From Myxococcota bacterium (GTDB lineage Bacteria > Myxococcota_A > UBA796 > GCA-2862545), in contig JBCCQY010000038.1 in assembly GCA_039208735.1 (NCBI GenBank), positions 1-64,000 of the forward strand: a stretch of DNA of 64,000 nt. Reading direction: 5' to 3'. The first letter of the stretch is position 1. Each line of letters opens with the position of its first letter. A program made the translations under genes and the position numbers. Positions 20,559-31,064 of the stretch are shown piece after piece. Under the pieces are notes generated by a model that saw only the letters and a program-made list of their open reading frames with translations, made no database searches and was not told the DNA's origin.

Positions 20559-21443
20559 TTACTCGTCGGTCACTCCGGAAAGGTCGTCATCCGGCGCTTC
20601 GCGAGCATCGCGATTGGCGGGAGGCGGACGCCCTTCGACGGCCAGTTCGCCCTCGATGACATCCACGTTGATCTTGTCGAACTTCCGCTTCTTGGCGTCG
20701 GTTGCGTGCTGGATGCGCATCTCCGACAAGAATTGCTCGTCGTTGAGGCGACCGAGGGCATATCGGCGGAAGGCCGGTGTGGGCACGATGAACCGGAAGA
20801 TCTCCGTCTGGTTGGACTTGCGTACGTTCGGATCTTCGGATTCGACGTCGACCTCGATCACCGCGCCGTCCACCTCCGGCAATCCGTCGAGCAACGGTGC
20901 GAGTCGGGCCGCGTAATCGGCGACGAAGGAACGGTACGCCTTGGTCGCCCGGGCGTTGACGTCGACCTGCACGGGATGCAGGACCTTGGGAACGCGTTTG
21001 CGGGGCAAGCGCACCCAGGCCGAACCGTCGATGTCGTCGATGGGCACGTCCTCGGGGCTGCCCTCCCCCAAGACGGTCAGCAGCTTGACGATCTGCAAGG
21101 CCCGATCGGCGTCGAGCTTGGGGTAAACCGATTCTGGCGCTCCAGGCAGCAAGACGACGATGTCGAATTTGACGCGACTGGCACTGACGTTGGGACCCGC
21201 CACCCGTTGACGGCACTCGGTGACCGGGTTGCCCTCGGAGTCCTTGGTCACCAACGCTTGCAGAACGATCGCTCCCAACGGCGCTTGCTTGAAGGCGTGA
21301 GTGACCGCACCGGGGCAATCGTCGCCGATTGCCTTGCCCTTCACGGTCAGGACCTCGGCCTTGACCGGCAAGGTGATTTCAGTCGGAATTGGCAGCTCGA
21401 CCGGCACGGGAGCTGCGTGCGCGAGCACCGTCCACCACCACAT
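20559..21443 (-). CDS. Hypothetical exported protein
   Basis: ATG 1 nt after kinase stop; short signal ending AHA; globular composition. Confidence 0.6.
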   Translation of the reverse strand: MWWWTVLAHAAPVPVELPIPTEITLPVKAEVLTVKGKAIGDDCPGAVTHAFKQAPLGAIVLQALVTKDSEGNPVTECRQRVAGPNVSASRVKFDIVVLLPGAPESVYPKLDADRALQIVKLLTVLGEGSPEDVPIDDIDGSAWVRLPRKRVPKVLHPVQVDVNARATKAYRSFVADYAARLAPLLDGLPEVDGAVIEVDVESEDPNVRKSNQTEIFRFIVPTPAFRRYALGRLNDEQFLSEMRIQHATDAKKRKFDKINVDVIEGELAVEGRPPPANRDAREAPDDDLSGVTDE

Positions 21444-21444
21444 A

Positions 21445-23160
21445 CTAAGGCTCCCCCTCTCGTTCGCAGGTGGGGGTGGTGACCTCGAGAGCGAGGGCCC
21501 ACCGTCCCGCGAAACCCGCGCAGATGGCTTCGCAATCCATCCAGGTCTGCACGAACGCGTCGCGCGCGACCCGGACTCGATCGAGCCGCTGTCTAACGAG
21601 TCTCGCTTCGTGGCGGTCGGATTCTGACACGGTTCGGGCCAACCGGCTTGCCTCGTCGACGAAGGAGAGGGCCGCCATGGCCTTTGCGCGAGGATCCGGT
21701 TCCGATTCGATGGTCCCCATCGCCGCTTCCAACGGGCTGGAATCGAGGCCAAGTCCAGCTAGTTCCTCGATTAAGGGTGAAGCTTCCACGACGCGAGACG
21801 CAAGCGTTCCTGCCGCGGTGTCAATGGCGTCTCCAGCTGCTGCGATCCGGACGCCTGCCGACAGCACGAACGCAAACCCCGCGATCAGCACCAGAAGTCC
21901 CAAGGCCACTGGGGTGGCGACGACCAGCGCGACCGCCGCGGCCACCCGGCCACTGGTGCGTTCGCGTCGTCCCACGCTGCTCGCATCGTCATCGCGGCCT
22001 GTGATGGTCTCCGGCCCGAGCCTTGCCGGGGCTTGTTCAACGCCCACCAGGTAGGCGGGAATGGAGTCGTCCCGGGCGCGAAGCCGCTCGTGGGCCGGGG
22101 GCAGGCTCTCATCGGGCCGCGGCAGATCGGATCGCGAAGGAAACGACAACGGCAACACCGGCGCCTTCTTAGAATCCTTTGGTACAGGTGGATCGCTCGG
22201 ATGAATCGTCGGCGTGGGGGTTCGCTCCACGTGTTCCAAGATCTCGCGGAACGTCGCCTCGGGATTGCTCGTGATTTCGGGGGGCTCGATCTCCAGGGGA
22301 AGCGGCGGCGCATCGGGTGGATCCTCGGGGAGGTCGGCGAGCCGTCCATCGAGAATGTCCACGACGTCCTGCGCGCTCGCGTAGCGTTGGTCGCGTTCGT
22401 AGGCGAGGCAGGTCCGCAGCACGTCGTGGAGGGGTTCCGGCACGCCCTGCATGCGGTCCGCCCGGTCGTCGAGGCGGAAGAGGTCCTTGGGCTTCCGGGC
22501 GGTGATCATCGTCCACAACGTCGCGCCCACCGCATACAGGTCGGAGCGAGCGTCCACCGACTTGGCGTCATGCAGCTGCTCGGGACTCATGTAGCCAAGC
22601 GTGCCCATGGCCAGCCCCGTGCGCGTTTCGCCCGAGGCCGCGAACCGGGCGATTCCAAAGTCGGTGAGCTTGATTCCACCGTCCCAGTTGATCAGGACGT
22701 TCCGAGGTTTGACGTCGCGGTGCACGATGTCCGCCTCGTGGACCACGGCGAGTCCTCGGCACAGCTGCATGGTGGCTTCGACGGCCATGCGGGCGGGCAT
22801 GGGGCCGTGATGCTCTCGCCATCCGTACAACGACCCTGCATGCACCAGTTCCATGACGAGGTACGGCAGGTCGTCCTGCCGACCTACCTCCAACACACGC
22901 ACGAGGTGAGGGCTTTGCAGCGTCATCATCGTGCGGCCCTCGTTCTCAAACCGCTGTGACAGCCCTCGATTTCGGGCGTGCTTGGGAAACAGGACCTTGA
23001 TGGCCCGCCACTCGTCGTGTTCGACGTCCCAGGCCGCGTACACCCCTGCCATTCCGCCTTCACCCAGGCGAGAAAGCAGCACGTACCGGCCTTCGGCAAG
23101 CCGGGGGACCCAATCGGGCAAGGCAGTGGGTGGGGGCAGCATCTGGCTGGACGATAGCAC
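21445..23160 (-). CDS. Membrane-anchored Hanks-type Ser/Thr protein kinase
   Basis: LGEGGMAGV, AIK, HRDVKPRN, DFG, GTLGYMSPEQ, Pro-rich linker, TM helix; start may be 23142. Confidence 0.9.
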   Translation of the reverse strand: MLSSSQMLPPPTALPDWVPRLAEGRYVLLSRLGEGGMAGVYAAWDVEHDEWRAIKVLFPKHARNRGLSQRFENEGRTMMTLQSPHLVRVLEVGRQDDLPYLVMELVHAGSLYGWREHHGPMPARMAVEATMQLCRGLAVVHEADIVHRDVKPRNVLINWDGGIKLTDFGIARFAASGETRTGLAMGTLGYMSPEQLHDAKSVDARSDLYAVGATLWTMITARKPKDLFRLDDRADRMQGVPEPLHDVLRTCLAYERDQRYASAQDVVDILDGRLADLPEDPPDAPPLPLEIEPPEITSNPEATFREILEHVERTPTPTIHPSDPPVPKDSKKAPVLPLSFPSRSDLPRPDESLPPAHERLRARDDSIPAYLVGVEQAPARLGPETITGRDDDASSVGRRERTSGRVAAAVALVVATPVALGLLVLIAGFAFVLSAGVRIAAAGDAIDTAAGTLASRVVEASPLIEELAGLGLDSSPLEAAMGTIESEPDPRAKAMAALSFVDEASRLARTVSESDRHEARLVRQRLDRVRVARDAFVQTWMDCEAICAGFAGRWALALEVTTPTCEREGEP

Positions 23161-23190
23161 CCGCAGCGCAGTCGTGAGCCCCCTCGAGGT

Positions 23191-23997
23191 TTAGGTCGCG
23201 GCGAGCCGGCGCACGCGATCACTCGTGGGCGGGTGTGAACGGAGCCAGACCGGAACTTCCCTCGGCATTACGCCAAAGCGACGGGCGCGGCGGGTGCCGG
23301 TGGCCTCGATGCGCCGAAGCGCGGTCGCCAGGGCCTGGGGATCGCCTGTGATTTCGGCCGCGAGCTGGTCGGCGGCAAACTCTCGGGTTCGGGACACCGC
23401 GAGGGTGAGGAGCTGGGCCAGGGCGGGCCCTGCGAGCAACACGAGCCCCACCAGCGTGAGTTGAGGCGCACCAAACAACAAGCCAAGCGGAGTCAGGAAC
23501 AGACCCAATGGACCCATGCGGCTCGTGATGCTGGCAAAGGACTGGGCGAGAGCCAAGGTGCGCAAGTCCCGGTGGGCGATGTGGCTCACCTCGTGGGCCA
23601 AAACACCAATGATCTCACGCTCGGGGAGCGACTGCAGGAGCCCCCGCGTTACCGCGACCACCGGCTCATCGGGAGAGCCCACGGTCAGCGCATTGAGGTC
23701 GGGGGATTCGATGAGCGCCAGGCGAGGTACGCGGGGAAGAGAAGCACGGCGGGATAGCGTTTCCACGACTCGGTGGAGCCACGGCGCTTGCCATGGACCC
23801 ACCGGGCGCGCCCCCAACATGCGCAGCGCGGCCCATGCCGGCATTCGGCTGGCTCCAGCGGCAAAGATGGCGCCCATGGTCAGGGCAAAGCCGACGCCCA
23901 CCGTGCCGGCGAGCAGCCAGCCCACCAACCCTGCCTGAAGAACGAGGATGGTGAGCAGGCCCAGCGTCTGAAGCTGGTTCGTGAGGTGAGGTTTCAT
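23191..23997 (-). CDS. HtpX-like M48 zinc metalloprotease
   Basis: NALTVG, VAVTRGLL, HEVSH, SRTREFAAD, SHPPT. Confidence 0.85.
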   Translation of the reverse strand: MKPHLTNQLQTLGLLTILVLQAGLVGWLLAGTVGVGFALTMGAIFAAGASRMPAWAALRMLGARPVGPWQAPWLHRVVETLSRRASLPRVPRLALIESPDLNALTVGSPDEPVVAVTRGLLQSLPEREIIGVLAHEVSHIAHRDLRTLALAQSFASITSRMGPLGLFLTPLGLLFGAPQLTLVGLVLLAGPALAQLLTLAVSRTREFAADQLAAEITGDPQALATALRRIEATGTRRARRFGVMPREVPVWLRSHPPTSDRVRRLAAT

Positions 23998-24043
23998 GGT
24001 GGAAACCTACACACCATCGGACGGTTGGCAATCCGCGCGGAGC

Positions 24044-25624
<1,581 letters not shown>

Positions 25625-25643
25625 GCGTTCTCCGATCCTGCAG

Positions 25644-26393
25644 TCAGGAAGGCCCTCCGTCGGAATCCGGGTCCGTCGCGGGAGGGAAAGGGGCTAGGGT
25701 CAATGTGACTTGGCGATCGCGGCGAACGATGTCGATGCCGCCGCGACGAAACCTGTGCAACCCCCGTACCCGACGGGCCCGGAATGGCTCACGACGCAGC
25801 TCACAGACCTCTCGGGCGAGCTTAACGAAGAGACGAGCGGCTTGTTCCGGGGTCTCGAGTTCGAGGGTGCGCGTTCCGGGACCACCGGGGGCGGTCAGCG
25901 CCACGCGAAGCAATTCGGGCACATCGAGGCCCGAGTCTTGAGGAAGCTCCGTGGCCCAAGGGGGCTCGACGCCAAGCGAGCGGAGCCACGCGACTCCCCA
26001 GCGTACCAGAGCATCGTGCCGGTACCCATTCCAGCGGGATTGTTCCTTGGGCCACGCCGCAAGCAGGACCTCGAACTTCCGAAACGCCTCGTGGCCCGTC
26101 AGTGCCGTGTCGAGGAGCCTGGCCAGATCGTCGTCTTCGACGAGGTCCACAAAGTCCTGCATGAGGCGGAACTGGCGAGTGTAGCGCGGCACCTCGGCGT
26201 AGCGCTCGGGCTCTTGATCGATGCGCGTCCAAGTGGCCTCATTCGTTCGGCCGGTCACGGCCGGATCGAAGAGCCGGACGAGTTCACCGGTCTGCAAATC
26301 CACAAAAGTGGCCAAGAGTCCCTCGTCACGCGCGATCAGCGCTGCGACGAGGACCGGCTCGTCGATGGGCACGGTCCGTCGGTCGCCACTCAT
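25644..26393 (-). CDS. UPF0158-like protein
   Basis: [27 protein letters not shown]...W pattern. Confidence 0.6.
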   Translation of the reverse strand: MSGDRRTVPIDEPVLVAALIARDEGLLATFVDLQTGELVRLFDPAVTGRTNEATWTRIDQEPERYAEVPRYTRQFRLMQDFVDLVEDDDLARLLDTALTGHEAFRKFEVLLAAWPKEQSRWNGYRHDALVRWGVAWLRSLGVEPPWATELPQDSGLDVPELLRVALTAPGGPGTRTLELETPEQAARLFVKLAREVCELRREPFRARRVRGLHRFRRGGIDIVRRDRQVTLTLAPFPPATDPDSDGGPS

Positions 26394-26431
26394 GCTGTGA
26401 TGAGGGGGGCGCGCCGGATCATGAGGGGGGC

Positions 26432-27193
26432 TTAACCACCCGCACCTTCGGGGGTGACGTCGACTTCGAGGCCCACATGATCCGAGGGCAACGCTTCGAT
26501 CCCCGGACCCGGACGTTCTCCGATTCGAGCGAACCGGTCGAGCCGCATTTGCTGAAGATAAATGCGGTCAAAGCGGGCTCCTCCTCCCTTGGAGGTTTGC
26601 CAAGGCCGAGGGGAACTGGGCCAGGTGACGCGATCTGCGGCAGGCGATCCCGCTGCCTCGAAGGCGTCGGTGACGTGGGCCAACTCGGGCACCTTCCGCT
26701 CCTCGGCGACCCGTAGATTGAGATCGCCTCCGAACACGGCAGGGCCAGGGCGTTCGCCCATTCGGGTCAGGGCGTGGCGGAGCTGTTGGACGCGAACGTC
26801 TGACACGTCCTTCCCGCTTTCGAGGTGTGCAGTGGCAATCCAGATCCGGGGCGCGTCCGGCCCCTTCGAAACCTCGACCGCAAGAACGCCTCGGCCCATG
26901 ACGGTTCGGGGCAGTGGCTCGAACGTGGCCTCGTGGATCGTCCAGGTGTTTCGAACGAACAGGACGACGAAGTACTCGTGTGAGGATTGGGTAGGGTCTG
27001 GGGGAATCGCCCGGTAGCCGGCTGCGGCAAAGTGGTGGCGCAGGTGGCCGTGCCAGCTTCGGCGAACCACCTCCTGGAGCAGCACGACGTCAGGCGCGTC
27101 TGGGCGGAGCAACACCCGCAAGCAGGCCGCCTCGGTTCGCTCATCGAGCAGGTCGTCGTCAAGACCGTTGAGGTTCCAGGTGGTAATGCGCAA
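26432..27193 (-). CDS. Endonuclease/exonuclease/phosphatase family protein, TDP2-like
   Basis: TWNLNGL, LQEV, TAHLES, GDLNLR, RFDRI, PSDH motifs; TTG start. Confidence 0.8.
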   Translation of the reverse strand: MRITTWNLNGLDDDLLDERTEAACLRVLLRPDAPDVVLLQEVVRRSWHGHLRHHFAAAGYRAIPPDPTQSSHEYFVVLFVRNTWTIHEATFEPLPRTVMGRGVLAVEVSKGPDAPRIWIATAHLESGKDVSDVRVQQLRHALTRMGERPGPAVFGGDLNLRVAEERKVPELAHVTDAFEAAGSPAADRVTWPSSPRPWQTSKGGGARFDRIYLQQMRLDRFARIGERPGPGIEALPSDHVGLEVDVTPEGAGG

Positions 27194-27199
27194 GGGGTC

Positions 27200-27331
27200 T
27201 CACCGTTGGTTGAGGTGGGCCTCGACGAACCATGTGTCCTTGTCGACGCTTCGGGAGATCTCCGTGAAGAGATCGGCCGTACGCTCCGGTTCAGCTCGCG
27301 ATCGCGTATCGACCCCTGACCCGGAAAACAC
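27200..27331 (-). pseudogene. C-terminal remnant of a Dps (DNA protection during starvation) gene
   Basis: Manual translation gives ...ERTADLFTEISRSVDKDTWFVEAHLNQR*, matching the Dps final helix (TAD...SR..DK..WF.E); ~43 codons, no N-terminal ferroxidase helices. Confidence 0.7.
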
Positions 27332-27365
27332 AAACGCCGTTCCCGAGGGTTCGGGAACGGCGTTT
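27326..27365 (-). terminator. Rho-independent terminator downstream of lipoprotein gene
   Basis: 15-bp perfect stem AAACGCCGTTCCCGA (27332-27346) / TCGGGAACGGCGTTT (27351-27365), 4-nt loop, T-rich tail on minus strand. Confidence 0.8.
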
Positions 27366-27385
27366 TAGAGCCAGAGGCTCGAAGA

Positions 27386-27952
27386 TCAGTAGGTCAGCGC
27401 GAGGTCGGTGCCGCAGCTGTCGAAGTCTTCGGGGGTCGTGACGTTCGTCGGCACGGCCGACTGGCCACCGGCGTCCTTGATGAACGCTTCGGCGGCGTCG
27501 TTTTCCGAAGCCACGTTGCAGGCCGCGAGGGTGCCTTCGCTGTAGACGCGGACCGCGTAGGACATGACGGCGCTGTCCATCACGAAGTGTGCGGGGCAGG
27601 TGAAGATGGTGTTGGTGCCGGGCACGAAGCCCGGGGTGCCCGGATCGGCCTCGTTCACGGCGAGGGTCAGCGGGTCGATGTTGCCATCGGTGAACTCGAA
27701 GTTGTGCTCTTCGATGAACGAATTCGGGATGTTGGCGTAGTCCTCGGAGTTGAGGAGGGCTTCGTCGAACATGCCCGTCGTGGTGGCCGTGAAGGTGACT
27801 TCGGTACCGTCGGCGTTGCAGGCGACGTTAAGGCCGGTGACCGCGATGGGATCGGGGGTCACGACAGTGGTTTCGGCGGTGTCGCCGGTACCGGTGTCAT
27901 CACCTTCGCAAGCAACGACAAACACAGCGGCAAGAAGCGCAAAACGATGCAT
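27386..27952 (-). CDS. Hypothetical acidic lipoprotein
   Basis: MHRFALLAAVFVVAC lipobox, GGGAG RBS, four further Cys, own terminator. Confidence 0.75.
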   Translation of the reverse strand: MHRFALLAAVFVVACEGDDTGTGDTAETTVVTPDPIAVTGLNVACNADGTEVTFTATTTGMFDEALLNSEDYANIPNSFIEEHNFEFTDGNIDPLTLAVNEADPGTPGFVPGTNTIFTCPAHFVMDSAVMSYAVRVYSEGTLAACNVASENDAAEAFIKDAGGQSAVPTNVTTPEDFDSCGTDLALTY

Positions 27953-28103
27953 GGGTGGTCTCCCTATGTGACCGATCGCCCATTCAATTTGAACGAAACG
28001 TTCGGTAAAGCTCTTGAACGAGGTCTCGGACCCTTGTAGAACAAGGGGTCTCCTCCGAGCCCCGGGACACGTAATCTTTGCAGAGCGGCCTGTCGACGGC
28101 AGG

Positions 28104-29129
28104 CTACTTGGTTGAGTACTCGTCTGAAATTCGCGCGGCCGTGTTTTCCGAGAAGAACTCGGCTGGCGTTCGCACGGCCGTAACGGGAAGGTGTGCGAGT
28201 CGGGCTACCCATTCGGCCTGCGTGTGCTTGCGGAAGGTTCGGGCCAGGACCGTTTTCAGGATCGGGCTCCCCAACGCGCGAGCCGGCAGGCTCCAATCGG
28301 CGAAGCGAGGCAGATCGAGGGCCTCGCACAGCCCACGCCAGAAATGCCCTTCGGTCACGATGCCCAGTGCGATGTGGCGGCCGTCGCGGCAGCGGTACAC
28401 GCCATAGTGGGGCAGGGCGTGCAATCCGATGCGCGCAATGCGTCGCAAGGTGGGTTGGGCAAGCGGTTTGGCCCACGAGGGGATGCGATCGCCCGACGCC
28501 CCGACGAGATCGACGAGCGACCAGACGTGGCTCCACGCCCCGACTTCCTCGGTCATGGCGATGTCGAGGGTGGTGCCTTGGCCGTCATTTCGTTCACGGG
28601 CGTACAGGGCGGCGCAGATGAACGCAACGGCTCGGCTTGCCGCGGCGAAGTCTGCGACGGGCAGGGCCAGACCGTCGGGATGGTCGCGGGCGTCCCGATT
28701 GAGGTGACAGACGCCGGTGAGGGCCTGGATGTTGAGGTCGTGGGCGGGTTGCTCGCGTTGCGGACTCGTTTGCCCGAACGCACTGATGGAGCAGTAGATC
28801 AGCCGTGGATTCCGGACGCGAGCCACCTTGGGGCCGCAGCCGAGTCGGTCCATCACCCCAGGTCGAAACCCCTCGACCAACACGTCGACGGTCTCGACGA
28901 GTTCAAGGAGCCGAGCTTGATCCTCGGGTTGTTGCAGGTCGAGGGTCTGGCACTGTTTGCGGTGGTTCAACGCTTCGAACAGTGGGGGCATGCCCCGGGC
29001 TGGATCCCCCTTTGGAGGCTCGATTTTGATGACATCGGCTCCCAGCTGTGCGAGCTGGTCGGTCGCGTAGGGTCCCGGAAGATTCCAGGTCAGGTCGAGG
29101 ACACGGATGTTGGTGAGCGGCGCGTTCAC
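28104..29129 (-). CDS. Family III (CaiB/BaiF) CoA transferase
   Basis: PLTNIRVLDLT, LPGP, LGADVIKIEPP.GD, EGFRPGVMDRLG, HD.N, PVAD; AGGAG RBS before GTG 29129. Confidence 0.85.
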   Translation of the reverse strand: MNAPLTNIRVLDLTWNLPGPYATDQLAQLGADVIKIEPPKGDPARGMPPLFEALNHRKQCQTLDLQQPEDQARLLELVETVDVLVEGFRPGVMDRLGCGPKVARVRNPRLIYCSISAFGQTSPQREQPAHDLNIQALTGVCHLNRDARDHPDGLALPVADFAAASRAVAFICAALYARERNDGQGTTLDIAMTEEVGAWSHVWSLVDLVGASGDRIPSWAKPLAQPTLRRIARIGLHALPHYGVYRCRDGRHIALGIVTEGHFWRGLCEALDLPRFADWSLPARALGSPILKTVLARTFRKHTQAEWVARLAHLPVTAVRTPAEFFSENTAARISDEYSTK

Positions 29130-29179
29130 GAAGTCTCCTGGCGGCCATGATAAGTCGCCCGACTGACGTTGGAGGCGCG

Positions 29180-30979
29180 ATGTTGTACGTCTGGGCCGTG
29201 CTGTGGGGATGTCCGAAATCCACGACGGTGGCGGAGCTGGAGCCGGAGCCGGAGCCGGTGTCGCCCTTGGCCGCCGATGCGGTCCGTGGCATCGATACGC
29301 CTGTGCTGCGAACGCTGGTGGCTGACCATTGGAATTCAATGATGGCGCGGTATCCGCAGTGGGCCAATGACCTCGGGGATTCACGCTTCGCCGAGTTGCT
29401 CTACGATGATTCGCCCGAAGCCCAGAACGCCTGGCTCAGGAAGGAGCGGGATTGGGTCGTCAAGCTCGCCGCGTTCCCGGATGCCGTGCTTACGCCGAGA
29501 GATCGCCTGACGAGAGATCTGCTCCAACGCGACCTTCAGTCCTCATTGGCGGCGGTGGTCTGCCAGTTTTCGGAGTGGTCGCTTTCGGCGCGGTCCAATG
29601 CGCTGGTCTCCGCCAACTCGATGGCGGACAATCCGCGGTTGGATACCGCGGCCGATGCCCAGGCCCTGCTTGCTCGCTACCGGGCGTTGCCCCAGTCGAT
29701 TCGTCAGCAAACCGCGAACCTGAAGCGGGGGTTTGCCGAAGGTCGGGTGGGCATCGGGGCGTCGATGAAGCAGGTCGTTTCGATGTTGGACGAGCAAATC
29801 GGCCTTCCCGCAGACGAGTGGCCCATGGCCGATGCCCTGGATGCGGCGCCGACCTTTGAGGGCCGAGCGGCGTGGCGCGACGCGGTGTTGGCCACGCTCG
29901 ATCAAGACGTTCGCCAGGCTTTCGTCGATTACCGCGACTTGATTCGCGACGAACTGATGCCGAGCGGCCGGTCGGGTGACCGCGTTGGGTTGCATGCGCT
30001 GCCCGACGGAGCCGCCTGCTACGAGGCGCAGATCCAGGGCCACACCACGCTCGCGCGCACGGCCGATGAGCTTCACGAACTCGGCCTTGCCGAACTCAAG
30101 TCGATCCATGCGGAGTTTCGGACGCTGGGCAAGACGGTGCTGGGGACCGACGAGCTCGCCGCAATTTTCGAACGGTTGCGTACCGATGAAGCACTTCGTT
30201 TCAAGACATCCGAGGAGGTCCAGAAAACCGCGGAAGACGCGCTGGATCGGGCTCGTGCGGCGATGGACAAGTACTTCGGGCGGGTGCCCCAAGCGGAGTG
30301 CGTTGTGCAGCCGGTGCCGGATTACCTGGCTCCCCACACGACGATCGCCTATTACCAACGCCCGCGGCCCGATGGCTCGCGACCCGGCATCTACTACGTG
30401 AATGTCTACGCGCCCGAGACCCGTCCGCGCTTTGAAGCGGAAGTCCTGGCCTTCCACGAGTCGATTCCAGGTCACCACCTGCAGATCGCGATCGCCCAAG
30501 AGGTCGACGAGTTGCCCGCATTCCGGCGGTATGGCTCCTTCACCGCCTTTATTGAAGGATGGGCGCTGTACACCGAACGCCTCGCTGACGAAATGGAGCT
30601 CTACAGCGGAGATGCGGACCGGCTGGGGGTGCTGTCGTTCGACGCGTGGCGCGCCTCACGGCTTGTGGTCGACACGGGGCTGCACGCCAAGAGGTGGTCT
30701 CGTGAGCAAGCCGAGACGTTCATGGCCGAGAATACGCCGCTCGCCCTGAACAACATTGCGAATGAGGTCGACCGGTACATCAACACCCCAGGCCAGGCGC
30801 TGGCCTACAAGGTAGGCCAGATCGAGATTGCCAAGCTTCGCGACGAGGCTCGGGAGCGATTGGGCGAAGCGTTTGCCTACCCGGAGTTCCACGATCAGGT
30901 TCTCGAGGCGGGAGCGCTTCCTCTTCCGGTGCTTGCAGACCGCATCGAACAGTGGCTGGAGCAGACTGCATCGAATTGA
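29180..30979 (+). CDS. DUF885 family lipoprotein (putative metallopeptidase)
   Basis: LWGC lipobox-like; HESIPGHHLQ, EGWALYTE, RLVVDTGLH, EVDRY..PGQALAYKVG; GGAGG RBS. Confidence 0.85.
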   Translation: MLYVWAVLWGCPKSTTVAELEPEPEPVSPLAADAVRGIDTPVLRTLVADHWNSMMARYPQWANDLGDSRFAELLYDDSPEAQNAWLRKERDWVVKLAAFPDAVLTPRDRLTRDLLQRDLQSSLAAVVCQFSEWSLSARSNALVSANSMADNPRLDTAADAQALLARYRALPQSIRQQTANLKRGFAEGRVGIGASMKQVVSMLDEQIGLPADEWPMADALDAAPTFEGRAAWRDAVLATLDQDVRQAFVDYRDLIRDELMPSGRSGDRVGLHALPDGAACYEAQIQGHTTLARTADELHELGLAELKSIHAEFRTLGKTVLGTDELAAIFERLRTDEALRFKTSEEVQKTAEDALDRARAAMDKYFGRVPQAECVVQPVPDYLAPHTTIAYYQRPRPDGSRPGIYYVNVYAPETRPRFEAEVLAFHESIPGHHLQIAIAQEVDELPAFRRYGSFTAFIEGWALYTERLADEMELYSGDADRLGVLSFDAWRASRLVVDTGLHAKRWSREQAETFMAENTPLALNNIANEVDRYINTPGQALAYKVGQIEIAKLRDEARERLGEAFAYPEFHDQVLEAGALPLPVLADRIEQWLEQTASN

Positions 30980-31064
30980 GGCAGTCCGAACGCGTGCCTG
31001 GTCGAGCGGCCAGCGGACCTTCCGTTATGGGGCCGACATAGGCAAGGCACCCGGAGGCCGCCAG

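Noticed and set aside
28104..29129. CoA transferase seems short at the C-terminus, possible third readthrough
   Set aside because: Translation past the TAG shows no family C-terminal motif (no P.LGEH-like sequence)
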